Virus record (IMG/VR): IMGVR_UViG_3300019487_000011
Span: 1-42,356 of that record
From: a virus
DNA: 42,356 bases
Strand: one strand, 5' to 3'
This document shows, piece by piece, positions 40,249 through 42,356 of the stretch. The notes under the pieces are model-generated. The model saw nothing but the letters and a program-made list of their open reading frames with translations, made no database searches and was not told where the DNA came from. Numbering within the stretch: the first letter of the stretch is position 1; each line of letters begins with the position of its first letter. Both the position numbers and the translations under genes were made by a program.

Positions 40249-40958
40249 TTTACCTTCTCCCTTGAACCGTCGAACCAGCCGCCGCAGCCCAAGCACCGGA
40301 GGCGCTGAATGATGAAGGCACGGGTACGACGGGACCCCCGGGCCTGTGTCTTGGCCGACTGGCATCGCGGGCAACTGTCTCGGCCCGTGTTCTCGCCCAA
40401 GAACGGATGATTGCGAATGAACGGGCGCAGGACCTTGTAGGCCCGCTCGGTCAGGTTAATGTCCCCAGCGTTGTAGCGGAGCATCTTTCCCCACGCCCGC
40501 TCGTCGCCCTCGTCGCAGGCCCGCCACAGCGGGAACCCGGCGTTGGCGATCTTCCGGCCGATCTTCGCCACGATAGCTAAGAACTCCAAACGGTTGCTGA
40601 TGTACCCCAGCTTCCGTACCGTCTTGATAAGGTCAATAGACGTTACGGGCGGCAACGGAGGCAGGCCGTTGGCCAGCAGTTCGCCGTTGATCTTCGGAAT
40701 GTCGAACTTGTCGCCGTTGTAGCTCACCACGGCGTCCGCCTCTTCGATCAGGTCACGAAGCTGGCGCAGCATGGCCTTACGGCCCCCGCGCTCGTCAGCC
40801 TGAGTGGTCCCTCTCTGGCCGAGCCACTTGGCCCCCCAGCAGATGATACGGGGCGCTTCGATAAGCTGGTTGAGGCCCATCGTTTCGTCCCATAGCTTCC
40901 AGATGTAAGCCTTACCGGCCATCGTCTCAATGTCCACCGTCAGAATCTTCGGCTTCAT
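40245..40958 (-). CDS. RNase H-fold 3'-5' exonuclease (DnaQ-like) with C-terminal zinc ribbon
   Basis: Motifs ILTVDIETM (DxE), VSYNGDKFDIP, and a CPRC...CLGC ribbon. Confidence 0.75.
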   Translation of the reverse strand: MKPKILTVDIETMAGKAYIWKLWDETMGLNQLIEAPRIICWGAKWLGQRGTTQADERGGRKAMLRQLRDLIEEADAVVSYNGDKFDIPKINGELLANGLPPLPPVTSIDLIKTVRKLGYISNRLEFLAIVAKIGRKIANAGFPLWRACDEGDERAWGKMLRYNAGDINLTERAYKVLRPFIRNHPFLGENTGRDSCPRCQSAKTQARGSRRTRAFIIQRLRCLGCGGWFDGSREKVK

Positions 40959-41128
40959 TTGGTGGCTTCTTTTAGTTCGGCCATAGCTTTTTCAATTCGG
41001 TCCATCATCTTCTGGGATGCCGTGTACCACTCCGCGTCCTTTTCGAACGACTCGATTTCGCACCTAGCATCATCGAGGGCCCGGTAGGCAAGCTCCAAGG
41101 TGGCCTTGTCTACTAGGTGCTTGTTCAT
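40955..41128 (-). CDS. Hypothetical helical small protein
   Basis: The ATG at 41128 overlaps the upstream stop (ATGA). 57 aa. Confidence 0.5.
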   Translation of the reverse strand: MNKHLVDKATLELAYRALDDARCEIESFEKDAEWYTASQKMMDRIEKAMAELKEATK

Positions 41129-41523
41129 CGCGGGCCTCGGCAAGGGCAGTTCTCGTCGCGGCAGTACCAGTCCCAGTCGGCCGGAAGGGCTACGCACGAT
41201 ACCGTGGGCCCCTTAAGGGACAGGGCCAGTTCTTCCTCGGCCAACTGTAGCGAAGCCAGAGCCCGCCAAGCCCGGTTGCGAAGGTGCTGTACCTTCTCTT
41301 CCAGAGTCGCGGCCTTTAGTGCGTCTACCGAGTGCCGGGCGATGCAATCCTCGTGGTCCGTGGACTTCTCCCGGGCCCAGTGCAAGGGCTGTCCGGGATT
41401 GTGCTTCTCGTTGCCCTCAAAGGACACCCGGGCTACGCCCACTAGGGCGTCCGGGAAGTAGGCTACAACGCCCGAGAACAAAGGGATTCGTTTACGTTCG
41501 GCGGAATCAGTAGGTAGGGTCAC
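41125..41523 (-). CDS. Nucleotide pyrophosphohydrolase-like protein (dATP/dGTP diphosphohydrolase N-terminal-domain-like)
   Basis: DSAERKRIP...YFPDAL..VARVS..GN.KHNPGQPLHW.R.KS.DH.D...RH matches my recollection of that phage domain family. GTG start lies 5 nt after GGAGA. Confidence 0.5.
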   Translation of the reverse strand: MTLPTDSAERKRIPLFSGVVAYFPDALVGVARVSFEGNEKHNPGQPLHWAREKSTDHEDCIARHSVDALKAATLEEKVQHLRNRAWRALASLQLAEEELALSLKGPTVSCVALPADWDWYCRDENCPCRGPR

Positions 41524-41525
41524 GC

Positions 41526-41846
41526 TTATCTCCAATATGAACGAACAACGTTAGCCAGCATGACCAGCCCGAAGGCTATCCACGTTCCGGCTCGAATGGC
41601 GTCCCCGAGCATGAAGGACGCCAGAATACGAAGGCCCGCCGTACACCCGGCGAATACCACAAGAGCGTCCAGTAGGGTCGTACCCGGCGTAGTCACCAGC
41701 CGATAAATGCTGTACCCGATCAGTAGTTGCATCGGCGCGTACAGCCAAAGGTTATGTAGCCACGGGCCCGGCAGGGTACGGTACAGATACTCCAGCACTA
41801 CGGCAGGGACACCGGCACCGAGGCCCCACAAAAAGGCCGGGCTCAC
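41526..41846 (-). CDS. Multi-pass membrane protein
   Basis: The GTG at 41846 overlaps the upstream stop (GTGA). About 106 aa with three hydrophobic segments. Confidence 0.5.
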   Translation of the reverse strand: MSPAFLWGLGAGVPAVVLEYLYRTLPGPWLHNLWLYAPMQLLIGYSIYRLVTTPGTTLLDALVVFAGCTAGLRILASFMLGDAIRAGTWIAFGLVMLANVVRSYWR

Positions 41847-42013
41847 TTGTCCAGCCCCTCCAGCCGAGATAGGGATTCCTGAATCTCGCATAGCATGTCG
41901 GCGCGGGCCCCCATAGCCTCTCGGCTGATCTTGGACATACCCATGTACGTCAGGGCGGACTCCATCTGTTCCTTCTCCCGACGTACGAAGTCAATCTGTT
42001 CGCGCAGTGTCAT
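41843..42013 (-). CDS. Hypothetical helical small protein
   Basis: The second ATG lies 5 nt after GGGAGG. 56 aa. Confidence 0.5.
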   Translation of the reverse strand: MTLREQIDFVRREKEQMESALTYMGMSKISREAMGARADMLCEIQESLSRLEGLDK

Positions 42014-42200
42014 CATTCCCTCCCAGTATAGCACTCGCAGCAGCTTTTGTCAACTGGTGCGCCTCACGGTCCGCCTCGCGCTTAAGCTTCGCCAGCGCCC
42101 GGGCCTGCCGGTTCATCCCACTGGCCCGCAGTTGCTTGATGGCCTTACGGAACGGGTTGACCAGCGGCACTGCCTTGGGGCCTGTGTAGTACCGTCTCAC
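41991..42200 (-). CDS. Hypothetical basic small protein
   Basis: 69 aa. The GTG start overlaps the upstream stop (GTGA). Confidence 0.45.
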   Translation of the reverse strand: MRRYYTGPKAVPLVNPFRKAIKQLRASGMNRQARALAKLKREADREAHQLTKAAASAILGGNDDTARTD

Positions 42201-42343
42201 AGCAGCCCCACCAGAATAGCCACTCCCAACACGACCATCAGCCCAGAAAGGGGCGTGACAGTGCCGTACAAAGCTACGTCACAGACCGCAGCGGCAAGGC
42301 CGCAGCCTGCGATACCTAGGCCGTACTTCACGTTACGTTTCAT
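42197..42343 (-). CDS. 48-aa membrane (possibly lipo-) protein spanning the contig junction
   Basis: MKRNVKYGLGIAGCGLAAAVCDVALYGTVTPLSGLMVVLGVAILVGLL. Its ATG overlaps the endonuclease I stop (seen at 107-110 in the other repeat copy). It is below the ORF-track cutoff. Confidence 0.5.
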   Translation of the reverse strand: MKRNVKYGLGIAGCGLAAAVCDVALYGTVTPLSGLMVVLGVAILVGLL

Positions 42344-42356
42344 CGCAGCCACTCCT
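42234..42356. repeat. Direct terminal repeat, copy 2 (identical to 1..123)
   Basis: Exact 123-bp identity with the start of the window. Confidence 0.95.

Noticed and set aside
1-42356. Search for CRISPR arrays, integrase/attP, lysogeny repressor, transposase or IS elements, rRNA
   Set aside because: I saw no regularly spaced repeats and no tyrosine- or serine-recombinase or transposase-like ORFs. The only large repeat is the 123-bp terminal overlap.

Overview
This window looks like a complete, closed genome of a GC-rich, apparently virulent tailed phage. It has 42,233 bp of unique sequence, and bases 1-123 are repeated exactly at 42234-42356.

(1) Leftward early and replication operon (minus strand). 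It starts at a sigma70-like promoter near 11515-11543, runs down to 107, continues across the contig junction, and ends at 38693. It encodes:
- a tightly coupled four-gene module: SprT-like protein, amidoligase, class-II glutamine amidotransferase and an acidic protein;
- a T7-like replication set: TOPRIM primase, DnaB-like helicase, family A DNA polymerase, SSB-like protein, 5'-3' exonuclease and endonuclease I;
- a DnaQ-like exonuclease, a nucleotide-pyrophosphohydrolase-like protein and a KpsC/KpsS-like protein.
I saw no phage RNA polymerase, integrase or repressor.

(2) Accessory and regulatory region, 11.5-16.5 kb. It is poor in convincing ORFs. It holds divergent promoters inside a long inverted repeat, three consensus TTGACA-N17-TATAAT-type rightward promoters, a perfect 25-bp hairpin, small membrane and lipoprotein genes, three paralogous mini-proteins, an oppositely oriented SprT-like metalloprotease, and a ParB-like gene overlapping another ORF.

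(3) tRNA array, 16545-18388. It contains 22 tRNA-like genes covering 19 amino-acid specificities by manual folding. All have an encoded CCA and spacers of 0-6 nt. Several have non-canonical T-loops, D-arms or variable arms.

(4) Rightward late operon, 18393-38517. It starts 4 nt after the last tRNA. It encodes a DUF5681-type small-terminase candidate, large terminase, portal, scaffold, major capsid, tail and fibre proteins, and Gly-rich internal proteins interrupted by a 2OG-oxygenase-like gene and a GNAT gene. It ends with large ejection-type proteins and a lysis block containing a GH24 lysozyme, two HExxH proteins, a SAM methyltransferase and a holin-like protein. A bidirectional terminator at 38543-38570 closes it.

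All calls rest on reading the sequence, ORF translations and remembered family motifs. No search or folding program was run.
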